Below are positions 56,377-64,000 of a stretch of 64,000 nucleotides of DNA, piece by piece (positions within the stretch are counted from its first letter, which is position 1; each line of letters starts with the position of its first letter). A program made the position numbers and the translations under genes. The notes below the pieces were generated by a model. That model was not told the DNA's origin and ran no database searches. It saw nothing but the letters and a program-made list of their open reading frames with translations. The DNA is from Planctomycetota bacterium (GTDB taxonomy: Bacteria > Planctomycetota > UBA1135 > UBA2386), in the NCBI GenBank assembly GCA_016794565.1, contig JAEUHQ010000103.1, forward strand, positions 34,409 through 98,408, read 5' to 3'.

Positions 56377-58080
56377 GTGCCCGCCCTGCTCGGAATGACG
56401 GGCAAACTGGGCGACATCCTCCTGTCGCACGGATGGGTCGATCGCGACGAGCTGCGCCGCGCGTCCCTGCCCGACGAGAAGCTGCCCGGCGAACGCCTCG
56501 GCGACACGCTGCTGCGCCTCAACCTGGCGTCGGACGAGAACGTGCGCGAGGCCCTGGCGATCCAGTACCGTCTGCCCTTCCTCCGCGTGACGCGCCGCCA
56601 CGTCGACCGCGAGGTCCTGAATCTGCTGCCGCGCGAGTTCGTCGTCTCGAGCCGCATCGTGCCGATGTTCCGTGTCGCGGGCACGCTGACGGCGGCGGTC
56701 GACGACCCTACGAACCTGTGGGCGATCGACGAGGCCACGCGCCTCAGCGGGTGCGAGGTGCAGCTCGTCGTCACGAGCGCGGCCAGCATCCACTCGCTGC
56801 TCGAAGACCTGATGGACGACGGGCCGGGATCGTTCGAGATCGACGACTTCGTCGGCGACGTCGAGGAAGGAGACGTCCAGGTCATCGAGGAGAAGGGCGA
56901 CGACTCGGTCAACCTGCAGGAGCTGGCCGACATGTCGCCGGTCGTGCGACTGGTCAACTTCATCCTGTTCCGCTCGATCGGCGACCGCGCGAGCGACATC
57001 CACGTCGAACCGGACGACCACGTGCTGCGAGTGCGCCACCGCATCGACGGCGAGCTGCGTGAACTGATGCGGCCGCCGACCGGCATGCACGCCGCGATCG
57101 TGTCGCGGCTGAAGGTCATGGCCGACCTCGACATCAGCGAACGACGGAAGCCGCAGGACGGACGCTTCCGCGTGCGCCTCGAGACGCGCGCCGTCGACGT
57201 ACGCATGTCCACGCTCCCGACCGTGCAGGGCGAGAAGGTCGTGTTGCGCATCATGGACCGCGGCAACATGCGCATCACGCTGAGCAACCTGGGCATCGGC
57301 CACCAGCGGTTGCAGGCGATCCACGACCTCATCCATCGCCCCGACGGCATCATCCTCGTCGCGGGACCGACGGGCAGCGGCAAGACGACGACGCTCTACG
57401 CCGCGCTCGAGGAGATCAACGAGCCGGGCAAGAACATCTGCACCGTCGAGAACCCGGTCGAATACAACCTGCGCGGCGTCAACCAGGTCCAGGCCAATCA
57501 GAAGGGCGGCCTCGGCTTCCCCGAAGCCCTCCGTTCGCTGCTTCGCCAGGATCCCGACGTGCTGATGGTCGGCGAGATCCGCGATGCGGAGACCGCGACC
57601 ATCGCCGTGCAGGCGTCGCTGACGGGCCACCTCGTGCTGGCCACGCTGCACACGAACGACGCGGTCAGCGCCGTCACGCGACTCATCAACATGGGCATCG
57701 AGCCCTACCTGATCGGCGCGGCGCTGCGCGGCGTGCTGTCGCAGCGTCTCGTGCGCTGCCTCTGCCCCACCTGCCGCGAGCCGTACAATCCGCCGCAAGC
57801 GCTGCGTCGCCGCATCGGATCGCTGCCGGACGGCCAGTACTACCAGCCCCGCGGCTGCGACGCGTGCAAGGGCACCGGATACAGCGGCCGCATCGGCATC
57901 TACGAACTGCTCGTCGTCAGCGACGACTTCGCCGACCTCGTGAGCCGCAACCCGACGCTCGGCGACCTCCGCCGCGCCGCACAACAGCAGGGCCTGATGA
58001 GCCTGCTCAACGACGGCCTGCGCAAGGCCAGCGAGGGCATCACGTCCCTCGACGAACTGCTCAGGGTGGTGTCGGTGTGA
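56377..58080 (+). CDS. Type II secretion / type IV pilus assembly ATPase (GspE/PilB family; GTG start)
   Basis: Walker A GPTGSGKTT, Asp box, Walker B VLMVGEIRD, His box LTGHLVLATLHTN and tetracysteine CPTC...CDAC. Confidence 0.9.
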   Translation: MPALLGMTGKLGDILLSHGWVDRDELRRASLPDEKLPGERLGDTLLRLNLASDENVREALAIQYRLPFLRVTRRHVDREVLNLLPREFVVSSRIVPMFRVAGTLTAAVDDPTNLWAIDEATRLSGCEVQLVVTSAASIHSLLEDLMDDGPGSFEIDDFVGDVEEGDVQVIEEKGDDSVNLQELADMSPVVRLVNFILFRSIGDRASDIHVEPDDHVLRVRHRIDGELRELMRPPTGMHAAIVSRLKVMADLDISERRKPQDGRFRVRLETRAVDVRMSTLPTVQGEKVVLRIMDRGNMRITLSNLGIGHQRLQAIHDLIHRPDGIILVAGPTGSGKTTTLYAALEEINEPGKNICTVENPVEYNLRGVNQVQANQKGGLGFPEALRSLLRQDPDVLMVGEIRDAETATIAVQASLTGHLVLATLHTNDAVSAVTRLINMGIEPYLIGAALRGVLSQRLVRCLCPTCREPYNPPQALRRRIGSLPDGQYYQPRGCDACKGTGYSGRIGIYELLVVSDDFADLVSRNPTLGDLRRAAQQQGLMSLLNDGLRKASEGITSLDELLRVVSV

Positions 58081-59222
58081 AGACCCTCGACCAGGTCACC
58101 GTCGCGCCGATCCGCACGCGCGCCCCGGCACCGCCGGCCGGCGAGCGCCCGGCGACGCCACCCCCCGCACAAGCGGGCAAGAGCGACGCGGCGAGGATCC
58201 GGCTCGGCCAGAAGGAACGCTTCGCGCTCCTCGAGCAGTTCGCGACGTTGATCGACAGCGGCATCCAGATCGCGCCGGCGCTGCAGTCGATGCGGCAGCA
58301 GGCCGCCGACCAGCGCCTCGCGACCGTGCTCGGCACGCTCGAGCAGGGCGTGGTGGCCGGCCTCCCGCTCTCCGCGGTGATGGCTTCGATGCCGCGCGCC
58401 TTCTCCCCCGTGCTGACGCAGATGGTGCGGGCCGGGGAAGCGACCGGACAGCTCGGCGAGATCCTCGCGCGTTCGGTCGAGACGATGGAGCTCGAGGCGA
58501 CGATGCGGTCGAAGGTCCGCTCCGCGATGATCTACCCGGGTGTGATGCTGACCCTGACCGTCGGCGTCGTCGTCTTCCTGCTCACGTACATCGTCCCGAA
58601 GTTCGAGAAGCTGTTCCGCGGCAAACCGCTTCCGGCGCCGACCCGCGCGCTGCTCGCCATCGGCGAGACTTCGCGCGTGTGGGGACCGTGGATCCTCGTC
58701 GGTCTGCTCGTCGTCGCGGTCGCCGCCGTCCTGTTCGTCCGCACCTCGCGGGGCGGGCGCGTCTTCGACGGCGTGATGCTCCATGTGCCCGTCGTGCGCG
58801 GCATCTACCGCACGGCGGCGATCACACGCAGCATCCGCACCTTCGGCCTCCTGTTGCAGTCCGGCGTGCCGATGCACCAGGCGCTCGAACACACCGAAGA
58901 AGTCGCCGCGAGCCCCGCACTCGCCGCCCTCTGGCGCCGCGCCCGCAACAACGTCGTGAACGGACGCTCGCTGCTCGAAGCCGTGCGCGGCAGCCCGCTG
59001 CTCGGCCCGACGTTCGAGCAGCTCGTCGCGGCCGGGGAAGCGACGGCGACGCTCGACCGCGTCATGCTGAAGGCGACACGCCAGTACACGAAGGAGCTCG
59101 AACGCCGCATCCACGACCTGATCACGCTGGTCGAGCCGGCGATGGTGATCGTCATGGGCGGCGTCGTCGGCTTCGTCGCACTGTCGATCATGCTTCCCAT
59201 CTTCCAGATGTCTCGAGGCTGA
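58077..59222 (+). CDS. GspF/PilC-family inner-membrane platform protein (GTG start overlapping upstream stop; 381 aa)
   Basis: Two T2SSF repeats (GLPLSAVMASMPRAFSPVLTQMVRAGEATGQL and GRSLLEAVRGSPLLGPTFEQLVAAGEATATL) with 3 TM segments. Confidence 0.85.
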   Translation: MKTLDQVTVAPIRTRAPAPPAGERPATPPPAQAGKSDAARIRLGQKERFALLEQFATLIDSGIQIAPALQSMRQQAADQRLATVLGTLEQGVVAGLPLSAVMASMPRAFSPVLTQMVRAGEATGQLGEILARSVETMELEATMRSKVRSAMIYPGVMLTLTVGVVVFLLTYIVPKFEKLFRGKPLPAPTRALLAIGETSRVWGPWILVGLLVVAVAAVLFVRTSRGGRVFDGVMLHVPVVRGIYRTAAITRSIRTFGLLLQSGVPMHQALEHTEEVAASPALAALWRRARNNVVNGRSLLEAVRGSPLLGPTFEQLVAAGEATATLDRVMLKATRQYTKELERRIHDLITLVEPAMVIVMGGVVGFVALSIMLPIFQMSRG

Positions 59223-59224
59223 GC

Positions 59225-60793
59225 GTGACGTCCTCCGACCAGCCGTTCGTGCCCGTCGGGCTGCCGCCCGAGTCGAGCCCGCAGGACTCGCTCGACGAGC
59301 GCGTCGGGCTGCACCTGCTCGACGCACTCGACTCGCTCGCCGCGGTCTACGAGTCGGCAGCGCACTTCGCCCGCGTCGACTCCGAGATCCCCGTCGAGGA
59401 GTACACGCTCGACCGGTGCCTCGAATCCGTGCACTGCAACACCGGCGCGTTGTGGATCCACGAAGGCGACTCGCTGGTCCTGCACGGCGACCGCAACGGC
59501 GCGGCCGCGAGGCTCTCGCTGCCGGCAGTGCTCGCGACGCTGGCGCGGGACACCGCGTCGATGCACAACGGAGGCGACGCCAGGGCTCTTCTGCGCCCGG
59601 ACGCCGACGACCAGAACGTGCTCGTCTGCCCGATCGGGACGGAGCGGCGCCGGCTCGGCTTCGTGGTGATCCTCTCCCCACGTTCGATGCTGTTCGACAC
59701 CGGCGACGTGAAGCTCGCGGCAGCGGTGACATCGCAGGCCGCGATCGCGCTGAGCCGCGCGTGGCACCACCGCGCCGTCGAGATCGAACGGCAGAAGCTG
59801 CAGCTCGTGGTCCAGAACCACAGCGACGGCATCGCGGTCGTCGATCGCCGCGGCACGACCACACTGTGCAACCCCATCGCACAGCTGTACTGCGGCACCT
59901 CCGACCTGCTGCCACTGCTCACGTCGAGCGACCCGACGTGCACGATGGAGGCCCTCGGACGCGGTCCGACCGAACGCGAACTCACGATTCGCGCCGGCGG
60001 CCAGACCAGGATCGTGGGAATCACGTCGCGCGACGTCCGCGACCGCGACGGCGCCCTCGCGAACGTGATCCTGATGCTCCGGGACCTCACGGCGCTGCGC
60101 CGCGAGGAGCAGCTGAAGCGCGACTTCCTGTCGCTGATCTCGCACAAGTTCCGGACGCCGCTCACCGCCATGATCTGCGCCGTGCAGATGCTGGAGGCGG
60201 GCGACGGCATCGAACGGGACGAGTTCGCCGCCGAGATGACGCGGCGCACGCACGAGCTCAGCGTGATGGTCGACCGGCTCCTCTACTTCACCGAGCTGCT
60301 GGAGGGGTCGTGGTCCCGGAAGGGCACGTCGGACCTCCGCCAGCTCGGCGCGGAGCTGCAGGCGCAGTTCACCGCGCAGCCCGGCGACGGCACGCTCGAA
60401 CTGGACCTCGCCGCGGACGCCATCGAAGTCCCCGTCCCGCCGGCACGCCTCCGCGTCGCCCTGATGAACCTCGTCGACAACGCGGTGAAGTTCGGCTCGA
60501 CCGGCGCACCGTGGGTCCGCATGTCCTCGCGACGCACGGAAGACGGCGGTTTCGTCGTCGCGATCGAGGACCGCGGCCCCGGCATCCCCGCGGACGCCCG
60601 CCCGCACCTCTTCTCGTCGTTCCGTCAGCTCGAGAGCGAGTTCACGGGCAGCGTCGCCGGCGCCGGCATCGGGCTCGCCATCACGCGCGAGATCGCGAAC
60701 GGTCTCGGCGGGACACTCGAACACCACGACGCGTCGCCGCACGGCTGCGTGTTCACGCTCCGCTTCCCCCCGGCAGAGAGCTCCCCCCGATGA
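59225..60793 (+). CDS. GAF/PAS-sensor histidine kinase (cytoplasmic; 522 aa; GTG start)
   Basis: H-box LISHKFRTPLTAM, N-box NLVDNAVKFG, G-boxes DRGPGI and GAGIGLAI. N-terminal GAF-like and PAS-like regions, with no TM segment. Confidence 0.8.
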   Translation: MTSSDQPFVPVGLPPESSPQDSLDERVGLHLLDALDSLAAVYESAAHFARVDSEIPVEEYTLDRCLESVHCNTGALWIHEGDSLVLHGDRNGAAARLSLPAVLATLARDTASMHNGGDARALLRPDADDQNVLVCPIGTERRRLGFVVILSPRSMLFDTGDVKLAAAVTSQAAIALSRAWHHRAVEIERQKLQLVVQNHSDGIAVVDRRGTTTLCNPIAQLYCGTSDLLPLLTSSDPTCTMEALGRGPTERELTIRAGGQTRIVGITSRDVRDRDGALANVILMLRDLTALRREEQLKRDFLSLISHKFRTPLTAMICAVQMLEAGDGIERDEFAAEMTRRTHELSVMVDRLLYFTELLEGSWSRKGTSDLRQLGAELQAQFTAQPGDGTLELDLAADAIEVPVPPARLRVALMNLVDNAVKFGSTGAPWVRMSSRRTEDGGFVVAIEDRGPGIPADARPHLFSSFRQLESEFTGSVAGAGIGLAITREIANGLGGTLEHHDASPHGCVFTLRFPPAESSPR

Positions 60794-61272
60794 GTCGCAC
60801 CGCGGACGGCTTCACCTACTTCGAGGTGCTGCTCGCATCGATCATCCTGGCGGGCGCGGTCACGTGCATGGGGCTGGCGCTCGAACAGTCGGCGTCGGTC
60901 ACGTCGAACGCGCCGATCGTCGCCACCGCCGACTATCTGCTGCAGGACGGCTTCGCGTGGGTGCGTTCGCTGCCTCGCGTCGACCGATCGGGCTCGACGG
61001 CCATCGGCATGGAAGCGGGCGAAACCGCGATCGCGGACGTCGACGACGTCGACGACCTCGCCGGCGTGTCCGAGGCCGACCCGGTCGATCGGAACGGCAC
61101 GGGCTACGGCGCGGACTGGAGCCGTTCGTTCACCGTCGAGTCCGTGACGCTGGCCGATCCCACGGTCGCGGCGGCCGCCGGCTCGACGCCGCTGCTTCGC
61201 ATCCGGATCGTCGTCAAGTACCAGAAGATCGAGAAGGCGGCGGACACGATCCTCCTCTCACGAACGCCATGA
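60790..61272 (+). CDS. Prepilin-type pseudopilin (GspI-like; 160 aa)
   Basis: MSRTADG|FTYFEVLLASIILAGAV is a canonical G|F...E+5 class III signal. ATGA overlap with the upstream kinase stop. Confidence 0.55.
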   Translation: MSRTADGFTYFEVLLASIILAGAVTCMGLALEQSASVTSNAPIVATADYLLQDGFAWVRSLPRVDRSGSTAIGMEAGETAIADVDDVDDLAGVSEADPVDRNGTGYGADWSRSFTVESVTLADPTVAAAAGSTPLLRIRIVVKYQKIEKAADTILLSRTP

Positions 61273-61838
61273 CCCGGCAGGACGGCTTCACGCTGCTCGA
61301 ACTGCTGCTCGCCGTCGCGATGCTGGCCGGCGTCGCGGTGGCCGCGATGGCCGCGCTCGAGCAGCTCACCGACGCGGACGCCCGCGCCACGCAGAACATC
61401 GAATCCACCGTCGGCGTGTATCGCGCGCTGCAGACGTTCCGGGCGGACGTCGCCTACTCGGCGAACATCGAGGTCACCGACAGCCGCTGCATCGTGACGC
61501 AGGCCGACGGGACCGCCGTCGACTACACCGTGCTCGCGGGCGGTTCCGAACTGCACCGCAACGTCTACGCGAGCCGGCTCCTGGTGCCGCTCCTCGTCGT
61601 CGACGCGCTCACGCCGGCGAGCTACGGGGCGCGCGGCCACCTGAAGGAGTCGGACTTCCGCACGGCGGCGATCCTGCAGGGCACACGGGCCGTGTCCTTC
61701 GAACCCATTCTCGGCCGCCGCACGGGCACGGCGACCGGCGCGAAGGTGCTGATCCTGCACACGACGTCGCACGGCAAGCAGATCGCGAACGCGTGCGCGA
61801 TGTGCTGGCCCCTCGTCGAACGCGACGCGAAGCCCTGA
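61269..61838 (+). CDS. Prepilin-type pseudopilin (GspJ-like; 189 aa)
   Basis: MTRQDG|FTLLELLLAVAMLAGVAV; ATGA overlap with the previous gene. Confidence 0.55.
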   Translation: MTRQDGFTLLELLLAVAMLAGVAVAAMAALEQLTDADARATQNIESTVGVYRALQTFRADVAYSANIEVTDSRCIVTQADGTAVDYTVLAGGSELHRNVYASRLLVPLLVVDALTPASYGARGHLKESDFRTAAILQGTRAVSFEPILGRRTGTATGAKVLILHTTSHGKQIANACAMCWPLVERDAKP

Positions 61839-61839
61839 C

Positions 61840-63684
61840 TCACCTCGCCGGACCGCCGCCCGCACGAAGCGCGTCGAACACCGCCTTCGCGACCGGCTTC
61901 GGCAGCCCGGGCATCGCCTCGATGTCCGCCAACGCCGCGGCGCGCAGCGCCGACAGCGAGCCGAAGTGACGCAGGATCGCGCGGCGCCGCGTCGGGCCGA
62001 TGCCCGGCACGTCGTCGAGTTCGCTGCCGATGCGGCCCCGCCGCGCACGGTGGTACGTGATGGCGAAGCGGTGCGCTTCGTCGCGCAGCCCCGCGACGAG
62101 CAGCGTTTCCGGCGCTTGCGCCGGCAGGGGAACCGCCGACTCGCGACCCGGCGCGAAGATGCGCTCGCCGCTCTCGCTGCGCGCGTCGCCGATGCCGCGC
62201 AGGCGGCTCTTCGCGAGGCCGCACAACGGCACTTCGTCCCCGAGCCCCAGATCGGCGACCGCTCGCACCGCCGCGGCGAGCTGACCCTGCCCGCCGTCGA
62301 CGACGAGCAGGTCCGGCAGGTCCTCGTCGTCGCGCTCGAGGCAGAGCTGCAGACTGCGCCGCACGGCCTCCTCCATCGCCGCGAAGTCGTCCCCCGCGTT
62401 CGCGGCGGAGATGCGGAAACGCCGGTACTGCGCCTTCGCCGGCTCGCCGCTCACGAAGCACACGCGCGACGCGACCGTGTTCGTGCCCTGCATCGTCGAG
62501 ACGTCGAGGCAGTGCAGACGCTGCGGCGGTTCCGGCAGATCGAGCAGTCGCGCGAGGCGCTCGGCGCCGGCGCGGCGCCGCGCTTCGGCGTCCGCCGCCA
62601 TCGCGTCGGCGAGCGCCGCGTTCTGCTGCGCGAGTTCGAGGTGGCGCCGCTTCTCGCCGCGCTGCGGCACGTGCAGTTCGACCCTGCCGCCGCGCTTCAG
62701 CTCCAGCCACGTGCCGATGATCGTCGTCTCGGCCGGCAGAACCGGTACGAGCACCGTTCCCGGCACGAAGCGGTCGCCTTCGTAGAAGCGGCCGAGCAGT
62801 TCGCCGACGAGCAGGTCGTCGGGCAGTTCGCTGCGGAAGGAGAACCGGCGGCAACTCTCCAGCGCACCGCCGCGGAACGCGAGGAACGCGACCGCGACCT
62901 CGTCGCCGGCGCGGTGGAGACCCAGCGAGTCCTCGTCCCCCGCGTCGGCCACGACGGCCTGCGGCTCGGCGACCAGTTGCAGCGCCTGCATCTGTTCCTT
63001 CAGCGCCTGCGCACGCTCGAACTCGAGCGACTCTATCGCGCCCGCCATGCGCTGCCGCAGGTCCGTGAGCACGCCACCGACCTCGCCGCGCAGGATGCGC
63101 ACGGCGTGATCGAGCAGCGCGTCGTACGCTTCGCGCGAGACGAGGCCGACGCACGGCGCGGGACACCGGCCGATCTGGTGCTTGATGCACGGGCGTGTGC
63201 GGTTGTCGAAGACGCTGTCGGTGCAGTCGCGCAGCGGCACGATCTTGTGCAGGAGGCGCAGCGTGCGCCGCACCGCCTTGGCCGAGGCGAACGGGCCGAA
63301 GTACTGGGCCCCGTCGTCCTGCCGCCGGCGCACCAGGCGGAACCACGGCCATGCCTCGCGCCGATCGAGCCGCAGCAGGAGGAACGCCTTGTCGTCCTTC
63401 AGCTTCAGGTTGTAGCGCGGCTGCCTCTTCTTGATGACCGTGTTCTCCAGCAGCAACGCCTCCTGCTCGGTCGCGGTCGCGACGAACTCGACGTCGGTGG
63501 CTTCGTGCGCGAGGAAGCGCATCTGGAAGCGCCCGTCGCCGCCGTCCCGCAGGTAGCTGCGGACGCGCGCGCGCAGGTCCGCGGCCTTGCCGACGTACAA
63601 CGCCTCGCCCGCCGCATCGAGGAACGTGTAGACGCCGGGCCCGGTCGGGAAGCGCGCGACCTTGTCGACGATGCGGGAGTCCAT
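61840..63684 (-). CDS. uvrC: Excinuclease ABC subunit C (614 aa)
   Basis: GIY-YIG N-terminus (GPGVYTFLDAAGEALYVGKAADLRARV), UVR domain (LEFERAQALKEQMQAL), endonuclease V-like and C-terminal HhH (IGPTRRRAILRHFGSL). Start MDSRIVDK (cat at 63682-63684). Confidence 0.9.
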   Translation of the reverse strand: MDSRIVDKVARFPTGPGVYTFLDAAGEALYVGKAADLRARVRSYLRDGGDGRFQMRFLAHEATDVEFVATATEQEALLLENTVIKKRQPRYNLKLKDDKAFLLLRLDRREAWPWFRLVRRRQDDGAQYFGPFASAKAVRRTLRLLHKIVPLRDCTDSVFDNRTRPCIKHQIGRCPAPCVGLVSREAYDALLDHAVRILRGEVGGVLTDLRQRMAGAIESLEFERAQALKEQMQALQLVAEPQAVVADAGDEDSLGLHRAGDEVAVAFLAFRGGALESCRRFSFRSELPDDLLVGELLGRFYEGDRFVPGTVLVPVLPAETTIIGTWLELKRGGRVELHVPQRGEKRRHLELAQQNAALADAMAADAEARRRAGAERLARLLDLPEPPQRLHCLDVSTMQGTNTVASRVCFVSGEPAKAQYRRFRISAANAGDDFAAMEEAVRRSLQLCLERDDEDLPDLLVVDGGQGQLAAAVRAVADLGLGDEVPLCGLAKSRLRGIGDARSESGERIFAPGRESAVPLPAQAPETLLVAGLRDEAHRFAITYHRARRGRIGSELDDVPGIGPTRRRAILRHFGSLSALRAAALADIEAMPGLPKPVAKAVFDALRAGGGPAR

Positions 63685-63838
63685 CACGGGCGGGGCGAGC
63701 GTCGGCTCGATCGACTCGGAGTGCAAGCGCCACGGGCGCGCTCGGCATCGCAGCCTCGGCGATCCGCGGTCCGTGTCCGTCCGGATCACGGCGCCGGTCG
63801 GCGTCGGGCACGCGTCCCGGCGCCGACCCGCGGGAGGA

Positions 63839-64000
63839 TCACAGCAGCTCCATGTCCATCTTCTCGAGCCGGTAGACCTCGTCGCGGATGCGCGCGGCGA
63901 GTTCGAAATCGAGGTTCTTCGCCGCCGCCATCATCTCGGTGCGCAGCTGCTTCGTGTGCTGCAGCAGTTCCTTGTGGTCCGCGAACTGCCGCCGCTGCGC
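63839..64000 (-). CDS. uvrB: C-terminal UVR-domain end of an excinuclease subunit, most likely UvrB (partial; continues beyond window)
   Basis: Minus-strand translation ends ...QLRTEMMAAAKNLDFELAARIRDEVYRLEKMDMELL*, matching the UvrB C-terminal UVR motif (M..AA.NLEFE.AA.IRD). Confidence 0.5.
   Translation of the reverse strand, partial: AQRRQFADHKELLQHTKQLRTEMMAAAKNLDFELAARIRDEVYRLEKMDMELL

Noticed and set aside
1-64000. Mobile elements, prophage, CRISPR arrays, rRNA/tRNA genes
   Set aside because: No transposase/integrase-like ORFs, no regularly spaced short repeats, and no RNA gene signatures were seen by eye. The paralog arrays are not flanked by inverted repeats or recombinase genes. 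tRNA cannot be excluded without a covariance-model scan.

Overview
This is a very GC-rich (~70%) bacterial chromosomal segment with about 58 protein-coding genes and no rRNA, tRNA, CRISPR, transposase or integrase signal. Most long, Arg/Ala/Gly/Pro-rich ORFs in the six-frame track are high-GC antisense artefacts. Real genes were picked by protein composition and recognisable motifs, and starts were refined by frame arithmetic (several GTG/TTG starts).

Content, start to end:
- A tandem array of three paralogous secreted proteins (family A, 1-4954) with a Cys-rich C-terminal module. The first and last copies share a near-identical ~390-nt 3' end.
- Housekeeping genes: deoC-aldehyde dehydrogenase, cdd, a diaminopimelate/ornithine-type decarboxylase, kdsA, rnhA, valS, recQ, uvrC and a partial uvrB.
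- A second secreted-protein family (family B) on the minus strand in three copies (14736-15932, 16169-18010, 29793-31691). Two copies share near-identical nucleotide blocks 13.6 kb apart.
- A translationally coupled glycosylation module: FabZ-like dehydratase, two GT-C (ArnT/PMT-type) membrane glycosyltransferases and a polyprenol-phosphate GT2.
- A minimal Pus10-like pseudouridine synthase, which is unusual in bacteria.
- A Ser/Thr kinase-YkgJ-hypothetical operon diverging from a single-domain ClpB-D2-like AAA+ ATPase with a novel N-terminal region.
- An NfeD-flotillin pair.
- A ~15 kb type IV filament locus (46.3-61.8 kb). It combines a PilMNOP alignment complex, a secretin, GspE/GspF, a GspG/H/I/J-like pseudopilin set and a PilX-like minor pilin. 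Embedded in it are a histidine kinase/response regulator/STAS trio and a GAF histidine kinase.

The most promising candidates for an undescribed system are the two secreted paralog families, which are possible cargo or surface proteins, together with the adjacent hybrid T2SS/T4P-like machinery.
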